Below, one piece after another: positions 19,601 through 26,707 of a stretch of DNA of 64,000 nucleotides (the stretch's first letter is position 1; each line of letters begins with the position of its first letter). The stretch comes from Clostridia bacterium (GTDB taxonomy: Bacteria > Bacillota > Clostridia > Christensenellales > Aristaeellaceae): positions 13,704 through 77,703 of the forward strand of contig JAFWYZ010000018.1 of the NCBI GenBank assembly GCA_017517465.1, read 5' to 3'. Below the pieces are notes generated by a model. It ran no database searches. It worked only from the letters and a program-made list of their open reading frames with translations, and was not told the origin of the DNA. A program made the translations under genes and the position numbers.

Positions 19601-19610
19601 CAGGCATGAC

Positions 19611-19650
19611 AAAAGGGCATGTGTCCCATCAAGGCGCATGCCCTTTTCCA
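19611..19650 (+). terminator. Putative intrinsic terminator
   Basis: aaaagggcatg ... catgccctttt stem with a T-rich tail. Confidence 0.4.
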
Positions 19651-19678
19651 ATCAAAACAAACAGAAAAGGCAATATCT

Positions 19679-20857
19679 ATGGAAAGAATTCGTTTGCATC
19701 TGGGCAGCTTTTCCCGCCCGGTCGATTCCAAACACCTGGATGTGCTGGATGGCTTCCGGGTGCTTTGTGTGTTCCTGGTGGGATGGTATCACATCTGGCA
19801 GCAGGGCTGGCTCTCCCCCACGCTGTACATCGGAAACTGGGTAAGCAGCCTGGATTTTCTGCTGCGCTCCGGCTACATCTGGGTAGACGGGCTGATGCTG
19901 CTGAGCGGTTTTCTTTTGTATCTGCCCTTTGCCACCGCCAAAAGCACCCTGCAAAGCCCGCTCACCTTCTATAAGAACCGGCTCATCCGTATCCTGCCCA
20001 GCTACCTGCTGTGCATCCTGTTCTTTTTCATTCTGGCATTGGCAGAGCATCGGTACTACACCACCTCCGATGCCGTGAAAGACCTGCTGGCTCACCTCAC
20101 CTTCACCCACACCCTCTTCCCCTTCAGCTATCAGCAAACACCGCTGAACGGCGCTTTATGGACATTGGGCGTGGAAATGCAGTTTTATCTTCTGTTCCCT
20201 CTTCTTGGCCGCTGCTTCCGCAAAAAGCCCGGCATTACCTGGACCGTCATGACCGGCCTTGCCTTTGCCTGGCGGTATGTGGCCTCCACCCTGCCCGACA
20301 ACAGCCTCTACATCAACCAGATGCCCGCTTTTCTGGATGTCTATGCCAACGGCTTTTTGGCCGCTTCCATTTTCGCCGGGCTTCACAAAAAAATGGGCAA
20401 GGATGGCCCGGACAACAAAACAAAGCTGCTTTTTACCGTGGTGTTTGTGCTGTGCGCCTGTCTGGTGGTATCCATTCTGAAAGAACAGGCCGGAGAAAAC
20501 GGCTATGCCAACATCCGTCTGGGGCAATTGCAGCAGCGCTTCCCCTTCTCGGTGGTGCTTGGCGTTGCCATGATCGCCGCCGCCTTCAGCCTGCCCCTGC
20601 TGCGTTTTTTGCTGGGCAACCGGCTGATGGGCTTCCTGTCCGCCATTTCCCTGCAGTTTTATATCTGGCACCAGTTCCTGGCCGTACGCATCAAGGAATG
20701 GGATTTTATCCCCCATCAGATGCAATCTCCATGGATGATGGGCGAATACCCCTGGCAGGTGAAATACACCCTGATCTGCTTCCTGCTGGCCATTGTGCTG
20801 GCCGGGCTGATCACCTACCTCTTCGAAAAGCCCCTCACCCGAAAACTGCGCAAATGA
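19679..20857 (+). CDS. Acyltransferase family 3 (OafA/YrhL-like) membrane protein
   Basis: Internal ATG of track ORF 19619..20857. It contains LDVLDGFRVLCVFLVGWYHIWQQ and has about 10 hydrophobic segments. Confidence 0.85.
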   Translation: MERIRLHLGSFSRPVDSKHLDVLDGFRVLCVFLVGWYHIWQQGWLSPTLYIGNWVSSLDFLLRSGYIWVDGLMLLSGFLLYLPFATAKSTLQSPLTFYKNRLIRILPSYLLCILFFFILALAEHRYYTTSDAVKDLLAHLTFTHTLFPFSYQQTPLNGALWTLGVEMQFYLLFPLLGRCFRKKPGITWTVMTGLAFAWRYVASTLPDNSLYINQMPAFLDVYANGFLAASIFAGLHKKMGKDGPDNKTKLLFTVVFVLCACLVVSILKEQAGENGYANIRLGQLQQRFPFSVVLGVAMIAAAFSLPLLRFLLGNRLMGFLSAISLQFYIWHQFLAVRIKEWDFIPHQMQSPWMMGEYPWQVKYTLICFLLAIVLAGLITYLFEKPLTRKLRK

Positions 20858-20873
20858 TCCAGCGGCGGATGCT

Positions 20874-22139
20874 TCACGCATCTGCCGTTTTTTGATGCAT
20901 CAGAAAGGAAATCAGGCACACAACCAGCGTTACCACATGCCCCACCATATGGGCATAGCCTGCACCGAAAATGCCCTGTTCTTTGGTCCACAGCCAGGTG
21001 AGCCCCAAGGTCACCCCCGCCCCCATCAGCCCGGCATAAAAGCTTTTCCTTTGCAGGCCCAGCCCGGCCATGATGCCGGACAGCACCTGCTGCACCGGCA
21101 AAAAGGCTGCCAGCGGGCTCATCACCTGTAACAGATTTCCCACCTCCGGCAATCCATACAGCCTTTCCCCGATCCAGAACGCAAACCCATACAGCACCCC
21201 GGCGCAAATACAGCCCGCCAGTGCCGCCGTCAGCAAAAGCCGCTCCGTCATCCTGCGCTGCCGGGCACAGGAGGTGCATCCAGCCACCGCCGGTGTGCTT
21301 ACCGTGCCCAGTGCACCAGAAAAAATGCCGGGCAGAAAAATCATGGGCATCACCATGCCGTTGAGCATGCCCATCCGGCTGATGGCCTCTGCATGGCTCA
21401 GCCCAGAAGCGCACAGCCGCAGGGGGATCATCACGCTGCATATGGTGCGCAGCAGGGTGTGGCTCAGCCGGTTCAGGGTGATGGGCAGTGCCTGGCGGAA
21501 CAATTGCTTCTCCACCGGCGCTTTTTCCTTTTCCCCAGGCCTCAGCCACAAGGCGATCAGGCAAAGCCCCATGCCCTCCCCCAGCACCGTGGCAAATGCC
21601 GCCACCGCTGCCCGCCAGCCCACCGTCAGCCGGGAAACCAGCACACCTGCCCCCAGCACAACCGTCAGCCGCACCATCTGCTCTGTCATTTCGCAGAATG
21701 CCGGCGGCCAGGCATTACCCCGGCCCAGGCTGTACCCCCGATATACACCGGACAGGCCAATCAGCAGCACACAGGGGGCATACATGAACAGGGAGGGCAA
21801 TATCCGCTCATCCCCCATCAGCCTTGCAATCACCGGAGCAAATACCAGCAGCCCACCGCCCATCAAAAGCCCCAGCCGCAGTGCCATTTTTCGGGCTGCC
21901 AGCAGGACCCCTTCCTTGTTTTCCGTCTGTGCCGTCATCCGGCTCACGGCCGTGGGCAGCCCTGCCGCAGCCGGTGTCAGGGCCAGCATATGCGCCTGCC
22001 CTGCCAGCTCCATCACGCCCACCGCTTCCGGCCCCAGCAGCCGGGCTGTGATCAGCCGCAGCACAAACCCCAGCCCGCGGATGCCCACATTGCATGCTGC
22101 CATCACCGCCGTCTGTTTCTTCAGGCTCTGTTTCTTCAT
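20874..22139 (-). CDS. MOP-superfamily polysaccharide/lipid-II-type flippase (SpoVB/MurJ/Wzx-like)
   Basis: A GGAGGG RBS favours the ATG at 22139 (MKKQSLKKQTAVMAACNVGIRGLGFVLRLITARLLGPEAVG). It is a polytopic membrane protein. Confidence 0.75.
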   Translation of the reverse strand: MKKQSLKKQTAVMAACNVGIRGLGFVLRLITARLLGPEAVGVMELAGQAHMLALTPAAAGLPTAVSRMTAQTENKEGVLLAARKMALRLGLLMGGGLLVFAPVIARLMGDERILPSLFMYAPCVLLIGLSGVYRGYSLGRGNAWPPAFCEMTEQMVRLTVVLGAGVLVSRLTVGWRAAVAAFATVLGEGMGLCLIALWLRPGEKEKAPVEKQLFRQALPITLNRLSHTLLRTICSVMIPLRLCASGLSHAEAISRMGMLNGMVMPMIFLPGIFSGALGTVSTPAVAGCTSCARQRRMTERLLLTAALAGCICAGVLYGFAFWIGERLYGLPEVGNLLQVMSPLAAFLPVQQVLSGIMAGLGLQRKSFYAGLMGAGVTLGLTWLWTKEQGIFGAGYAHMVGHVVTLVVCLISFLMHQKTADA

Positions 22140-22358
22140 GCCCATCCCTCCCCGGCACAATCTATGCCGGTTTTATAGATAGCATGACAAAGGACCAGAG
22201 GCATCGCCCCTGAACCCTTTCTCCGGATATTGCAGTTTATATCACGCAAACAATTTCCCGGTGGAATTTGAAGAGACCAGGGGGGCTTCGCCCCTCCACC
22301 CCAGCAGGGACACTGTCCCTGCACCCAGTACCTAAAGCAACTTGGCTCTATCTTCCAA

Positions 22359-22546
22359 ACAATGTCCCGGTGCAACAAAGCACCACGCAGAAATCCATTC
22401 GCAGAGGAAGATTGTTTTTTTGAATCGGCTGCGGCACTGCCGCCCACGGGCTGGCGGTGTGAAACACCGCCGACCGGATGCTGTGCATCCGGGGAAAATG
22501 AGAAAAAACCGGCAGGAAAGTTCACTTTCCTGACCGGCTTTTTTCT
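22359..22546 (+). ncRNA. Candidate structured small RNA (copy B): conserved 5' box, hairpins, intrinsic terminator
   Basis: ACAATGTCCCGGTG box, hairpins at 22431-22443, 22442-22451, 22453-22471 and 22474-22492, then the terminator ccggcaggaaagt/actttcctgaccgg plus a T-run at 22503-22546. No expression evidence is available from the sequence. Confidence 0.25.
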
Positions 22547-22576
22547 ACATTTTCATTGCGCCCGTGGGCACTCTTT

Positions 22577-22928
22577 CCGTTTCCCTCAAGCAACATACGG
22601 AAAACAGATTGTGGATCAGTTTTGTTCTTCGAAGAACGGGTGCAGGGCCGATGGCCCTGCCGTGGGGGTACGGGGGGTGAGGAGCCCCCTGCTCCGTTTC
22701 CCCAAGCAACATGCGGAAGATGTTTGAAGAAGCAGTCTTCTGCATCGCAGAACGGGTGCAGGGCCGATGGCCCTGCCGTGGGGGGTACGGGGGGCGAGGA
22801 GCCCCCTGCTCCGTTTCCCCAGGCAACATGCGGAAAGAAGAATGGAAAAGCAGACTTCTGCGTCGCAGAACGGGTCCAGGGGCAATGCCCCCGGTGCGGG
22901 GGTGTGGGGGGCTGAGCAGGCCCCCGAA
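22577..22928 (+). repeat. Three tandem 117-bp units
   Basis: The motif ccgtttccc(c) recurs at 22577, 22694 and 22811. Each unit has CCGTTTCCCCAAGCAACATGCGGAA, a variable hairpin, GAACGGGTGCAGGGCCGATGGCCCTGCCGTGGGG and GGGGGGYGAGGAGCCCCC. Confidence 0.85.
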
Positions 22929-22951
22929 GGTGCCCCCTGCCCCGTTATTCC

Positions 22952-24922
22952 TTAAGCCTGACGGCCGATGGTAGCCTTGATGCGGCGCACACCGGCGGAA
23001 GAGGATTCTTCCTTCTGGATCTTGAAGGACACCAGATCGCCGGTATTGGACGCATGGGGGCCGCCGCAGATTTCCTTGGAATATTCACCCATGGTGTACA
23101 CCTTCACGCGTTCGCCGTACTTGCTTTCGAACAGGCCCATAGCGCCCTGTTCCTTGGCTTCGGCAACGGTCATTTCTTCCAGGGTGACGGGCACCTTGGC
23201 TTCGATGGCCACGTTCACCAGCCGTTCCACTTCCTTCACTTCTTCGGGGGTCATTTTCCGGCCGAAGGTAAAGTCAAAGCGGAGACGTTCGGCAGTGATA
23301 TTGGAGCCCTTCTGGTGCACTTCGTCACCCAGCACTTTCCGCAGGGCAGCCTGCAGAAGGTGGGTAGCGGTATGCAGGCAGGCCGTCTGTTCGCTGTTAT
23401 CGGCCAGACCGCCCTTGAACTTCTGTTCAGCGCCCTGATGACTCTTTTCCTGATGCTGCTTGAAGCGTTCGTCAAAGTCCGCCTTATCCACGGAGAGACC
23501 CTTTTCGGCAGCCAGTTCCATGGTCATTTCAATGGGGAAGCCGAAGGTGTCATACAGCTTGAACGCGCTGCGGCCATCCAGCACGGTGAGGGAAGCCATG
23601 CGGGCTTCCACAGCGGCAACCAGCGCATTTTCATCACCGGCATTGGCAGCTTCGATGATGGGCATCATGTCGGGAGAGGGGCGCAGCTTCTTGATCTTGG
23701 CCATTTCCTGGGCAAAGGCCACCTTGTTTTCGTTGGCCAGAATGCTTTCCAGCAGGGCCTTGGTATTCATGGTGTTGTTGTACACCTTTTCGAATTCCTT
23801 TTCACCCTGCTTCAGGGTACGGGCAAAGCGTTCTTCTTCCAGCTTCAGCTGTTCCAGCACGAAAGCGCTGTTGTCCTTCAGTTCGGGGTACACTTCGCAG
23901 TACTGGTCAATGATCACCTTAGCCAGTTCGCAGGTGAAACCGTCCTGCAGGCCCAGGCTCATGCCATAGCGCACGGCACGGCGGATAAGACGGCGCAGGA
24001 TGTAGCCCTGGTCCACATTGGAGGGGGATACACCGCGGGGGTCACCCAGGATGAAGGTGGAGGTACGCATATGGTCGGCAATGATGCGGAAAGCCTTGGT
24101 GTTTTCATCACCGGGGATGTACTTCTTGCCGCTCAGCTCTTCAATGCGGCCCAGGATGTGGGCAAAGATTTCGGTTTCATACACGCTCTTCACGCCGTTG
24201 AGCACGCAGATGGTGCGTTCCAGGCCCATGCCGGTGTCCACGTTCTGCTGAGCCAGGGGAATGAAGGTGCCATCCTGCTGCTTGTTGTACTGCATGAACA
24301 CGTCGTTCCAGATTTCCAGATAAGCGCCGCACTTGCAGGCAGGAGAGCAATTGGGGCCGCAGGGCTCCTTGGTGATGATGAACATTTCGGTATCGGGACC
24401 GCAGGGGCCGGTCACACCGGCAGGGCCCCACCAGTTGTGTTCCTTGGGCAGGTAGAACAGATGGTCTTCCTTCACACCGCAGGCGCGCCAGAGATTGGCC
24501 GCTTCTTCATCCCGGGGGCAGTCTTCATCGCCTTCGAAAACGGTGAAGGCCAGCTTGTCGGGATCAATGCCCAGCCATTCCTTGCCGGTGAGGAATTCCC
24601 AGCTCCAGGGGATCATTTCCTTCTTGAAATAATCGCCCAGGCTCCAGTTGCCCAGCATTTCGAAGAAGGTCAGGTGGGAAGGATCGCCCACGTCATCGAT
24701 GTCACCGGTGCGGATACACTTTTGCACGTCGGTAAGCCTCGTGCCGGCAGGATGCTTCTGGCCCAGCAGATAGGGAACCAGGGGATGCATACCGGCGGTG
24801 GTGAAAAGCACGGTGGGATCGTTTTCGGGGATCAGGGAAGCAGAGGGGATCAGCTGATGGCCCTTTTCCTGGAAGAAACGCAGGAACAGCGCACGCAGCT
24901 CATTGGCGGTCAAGGCTTTCAT
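22952..24922 (-). CDS. alaS: Alanine--tRNA ligase, short form (catalytic, tRNA-recognition and editing domains; no C-Ala domain)
   Basis: 656 aa, with FTTAGMHPLVPY, QKCIRTGDIDDVG and HLTFFEMLGNWSLGDYFK. The editing-site motifs HTATHLLQ and CGGPHASNTGD are present. The protein ends about 30 aa after the editing domain. Confidence 0.9.
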   Translation of the reverse strand: MKALTANELRALFLRFFQEKGHQLIPSASLIPENDPTVLFTTAGMHPLVPYLLGQKHPAGTRLTDVQKCIRTGDIDDVGDPSHLTFFEMLGNWSLGDYFKKEMIPWSWEFLTGKEWLGIDPDKLAFTVFEGDEDCPRDEEAANLWRACGVKEDHLFYLPKEHNWWGPAGVTGPCGPDTEMFIITKEPCGPNCSPACKCGAYLEIWNDVFMQYNKQQDGTFIPLAQQNVDTGMGLERTICVLNGVKSVYETEIFAHILGRIEELSGKKYIPGDENTKAFRIIADHMRTSTFILGDPRGVSPSNVDQGYILRRLIRRAVRYGMSLGLQDGFTCELAKVIIDQYCEVYPELKDNSAFVLEQLKLEEERFARTLKQGEKEFEKVYNNTMNTKALLESILANENKVAFAQEMAKIKKLRPSPDMMPIIEAANAGDENALVAAVEARMASLTVLDGRSAFKLYDTFGFPIEMTMELAAEKGLSVDKADFDERFKQHQEKSHQGAEQKFKGGLADNSEQTACLHTATHLLQAALRKVLGDEVHQKGSNITAERLRFDFTFGRKMTPEEVKEVERLVNVAIEAKVPVTLEEMTVAEAKEQGAMGLFESKYGERVKVYTMGEYSKEICGGPHASNTGDLVSFKIQKEESSSAGVRRIKATIGRQA

Positions 24923-25200
24923 TTCTTTTCAGCTCCTTTGAAAAAATAAAAGTGTGTCTTTTCGCTGAAGACGAACAGACACACTGTATTCGCGGTACCA
25001 CTTCAATTGGTGCATTGCGCACCCACCTCAATGCTGATAACGGCAGCAACCGAATCGCCTTGGGCAGCCTTTGAAGCTGTGTTCGGCGTTTGGCTCCGCA
25101 GCGGCAACATGCCTTGCTTTCCACCGGGCTTACACCATCCCCGGCTCGCTGGCGAAAACGAATGGACACGCTTTCTGCATCAAAGCCATATTCAATTACA
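24923..25200 (-). promoter_or_regulatory. T-box riboswitch leader of alaS
   Basis: On the minus strand, the T-box sequence AATTGAAGTGGTACCGCG lies at 24991-25008. The terminator gtgtgtct/agacacac plus a U-run lies at 24941-24986. Stem I has the distal motif AGCGAGCCGGGGATGGTGTAAGCCCGG. Ala codons (GCA, GCC, GCU) sit in the 3' strand of stem I. Confidence 0.85.
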
Positions 25201-25204
25201 AATG

Positions 25205-25233
25205 AGTATACCCTCATTTTCCTTTCCTGTCAA
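25205..25233 (-). promoter_or_regulatory. Sigma-A promoter of the alaS T-box leader
   Basis: On the minus strand: TTGACA, a 17-nt spacer, then TATACT. Confidence 0.6.
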
Positions 25234-25469
25234 GGGAAAACTCTTGTTTTTCACCCGGCACGGTACTACAATTCTTTCTTATAAAATTTGGGAAAAGTTG
25301 CAAGAAAACCCTGCCTTATTCCGTTACATTGTTGGAAAGAAAATGGAGACCAACACACATGAAAAACATGCTCTGAATCTGGTTTTTTCACCCTTTCCCA
25401 CACCCAGCATATCTTGCAGCCAAAGAATGACAGCACATTAACATTGCAATCATTAGATAAGGATAACAT

Positions 25470-26471
25470 ATGAAAACAAATAAAGACATTGACTATTACA
25501 ATCTACCCATAGGAACAAAGCATGGTTGCTATACGATTGTTGCAGGGTTTGATGCATATCACGAAGAAAACGGAAAAAGGGAAATTGCTGAACTTGAAAA
25601 TGAAAAACAAAAATTCATCGCTGGTATAAAGAATAATCGATATGCTATTACTGATATCGAGAGTTTCGACCAACGTATAGAAAATGAAAAAAGTAAAAAG
25701 TATTATAAGGTGCAATGTAGATGTGGAAAGACATCTTTTATGTCTATATCTGAGTTGTTCTGTAAGCAATGGAGAGATTGTGGTGAAGATTGTGGAATTT
25801 ATCGAGCATCATACCCCAGAGTAAAAGCAGATGACTACGATATAGAATTTGTTAATAATACCCATGAATCTCTAGAAATAATCAGATGTATCGATGACCA
25901 CGTTGAAGGTTCTAGCATTGTACAAGTTAGACGCAGAAAAGGCGCTGGGATAGTTATGTTACATAAAAGATTCCATTGCAAATGCTACTTGTGCGGAAAA
26001 GAATACGAATTCTTATCTAAAGATTTCAAAATAAATAACGATGCATATGGCTCACGTGCAGCATGGGGATATTATTGTGAAGCTTGCTGTGATTGTCATA
26101 GCATCTCATCATTTCAATGGAGAACAATAAAAATTCTACATGATCATCGAATTCCTTATCGTGTTGAGGTTTCATATCCCGATCTGTTGAGTGATGCCGG
26201 CAATCCGCTTAGATATGATTTCTTAATCTACAACGATGATGGAAGTACGAAATGTTTGATAGAATGCCAAGGAAAACAGCATTCCCAAATTGGTGGGGGC
26301 TACGGCGGCTATTCCGATTTAAGAATGAGACAAGAAAGAGATTCTCGAAAACGAAAGTACGCTGAAAAACACAATCTTGTTCTTATTGAAATTCCTCATA
26401 CTATCAAGACATATGATAAAGAAACAGCCTTCTTAGTTAAAGCTGGAGTGATTCCAAAGCAAGAAAAATAG
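25470..26471 (+). CDS. Cys-rich protein with a C-terminal Vsr/DUF559-like PD-(D/E)xK endonuclease fold (AT-rich, probably horizontally acquired)
   Basis: 333 aa. There is an AAGGA RBS. It is the only long ORF in a stretch of about 33-40% GC. Cys pairs are QCRCGKTSF, HCKCYLCGKEYEF and CEACCDCH. The C-terminus reads RYDFLIY..STKCLIECQGKQH...RDSRKRKYAEKHNLVLIEIPH. The coding call is more confident than the functional call. Confidence 0.7.
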   Translation: MKTNKDIDYYNLPIGTKHGCYTIVAGFDAYHEENGKREIAELENEKQKFIAGIKNNRYAITDIESFDQRIENEKSKKYYKVQCRCGKTSFMSISELFCKQWRDCGEDCGIYRASYPRVKADDYDIEFVNNTHESLEIIRCIDDHVEGSSIVQVRRRKGAGIVMLHKRFHCKCYLCGKEYEFLSKDFKINNDAYGSRAAWGYYCEACCDCHSISSFQWRTIKILHDHRIPYRVEVSYPDLLSDAGNPLRYDFLIYNDDGSTKCLIECQGKQHSQIGGGYGGYSDLRMRQERDSRKRKYAEKHNLVLIEIPHTIKTYDKETAFLVKAGVIPKQEK

Positions 26472-26537
26472 TCCGCACAAACCAAACAGAAAGACGAGCA
26501 TTTTCAGAGGTTTTGCATCTGGGGAACATAGCAAAAA

Positions 26538-26580
26538 GGCGCGGGTGGAAACTTGTTTCCGCTCACGCCTTTATGTTTTC
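26538..26580 (+). terminator. Putative intrinsic terminator after the AT-rich gene
   Basis: ggcgcgggtggaaac / gtttccgctcacgcc imperfect stem followed by tttatgtttt. Confidence 0.45.
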
Positions 26581-26707
26581 TTGTTCCCATGACTATACTT
26601 ATTTCTCTCCTCATCTTTCAAACGGAAACAATTGTGTTCGTCAAATTGTCTATCCGTTCTAAGTCCAGGGACGAAGTCTATTGCAAGGTCAGGGGCAATG
26701 TGCCTGT

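Larger units (their letters stand above)
22165..22950. repeat. Hairpin-rich intergenic mosaic, copy B (inverted relative to copy A), including a 3x117-bp tandem array
   Basis: It has the same modules as 8592-9022 in the opposite orientation. GC-rich palindromes include gcagggacactgtccctgc, gcagggccgatggccctgc and ggggggtgaggagccccc. Confidence 0.8.

Noticed and set aside
15553-19651. Minus-strand ORFs 15553..16752, 16778..18517 and 18587..19651
   Set aside because: They are antisense shadows of the secreted protein and the 938-aa repeat protein. Their translations are repetitive and Gly/His/Gln-rich with no RBS.
20011-22182. Plus- and minus-strand alternative ORFs over the acyltransferase and flippase genes (20011..20895, 20156..20881, 20815..21564, 21070..22182, 21393..22178)
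   Set aside because: These are out-of-frame or antisense overlaps of two polytopic membrane protein genes whose own frames give clean TM-helix patterns. The alternatives are Pro/Arg/His/Gly-rich.
22577-22928. Possible CRISPR array (regular repeats), also considered for the 30-bp units at 1785-1964
   Set aside because: The 117-bp units are contiguous, with no unique spacers of constant length and no cas genes. The 30-bp units are in-frame coding repeats of infB. Neither fits CRISPR architecture.
22136-22974. Small ORFs inside the repeat mosaic (for example 22362..22727, 22556..22915, 22545..22829, 22616..22885)
   Set aside because: Their apparent internal protein repeats simply mirror the 117-bp DNA units and GC palindromes. 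They lack RBSs, and they are open in several frames on both strands, which argues for non-coding repeats.
23054-24949. 631-aa plus-strand ORF
   Set aside because: It is antisense to alaS, which has all class II AlaRS motifs.
26510-26588. 26-codon minus-strand mini-ORF (MGTRKHKGVSGNKFPPAPFCYVPQMQNL) downstream of the MATE gene, preceded by GAGGAGAG
   Set aside because: It overlaps the terminator hairpin of the AT-rich gene, is very short and has no supporting conservation information. I therefore do not call it.
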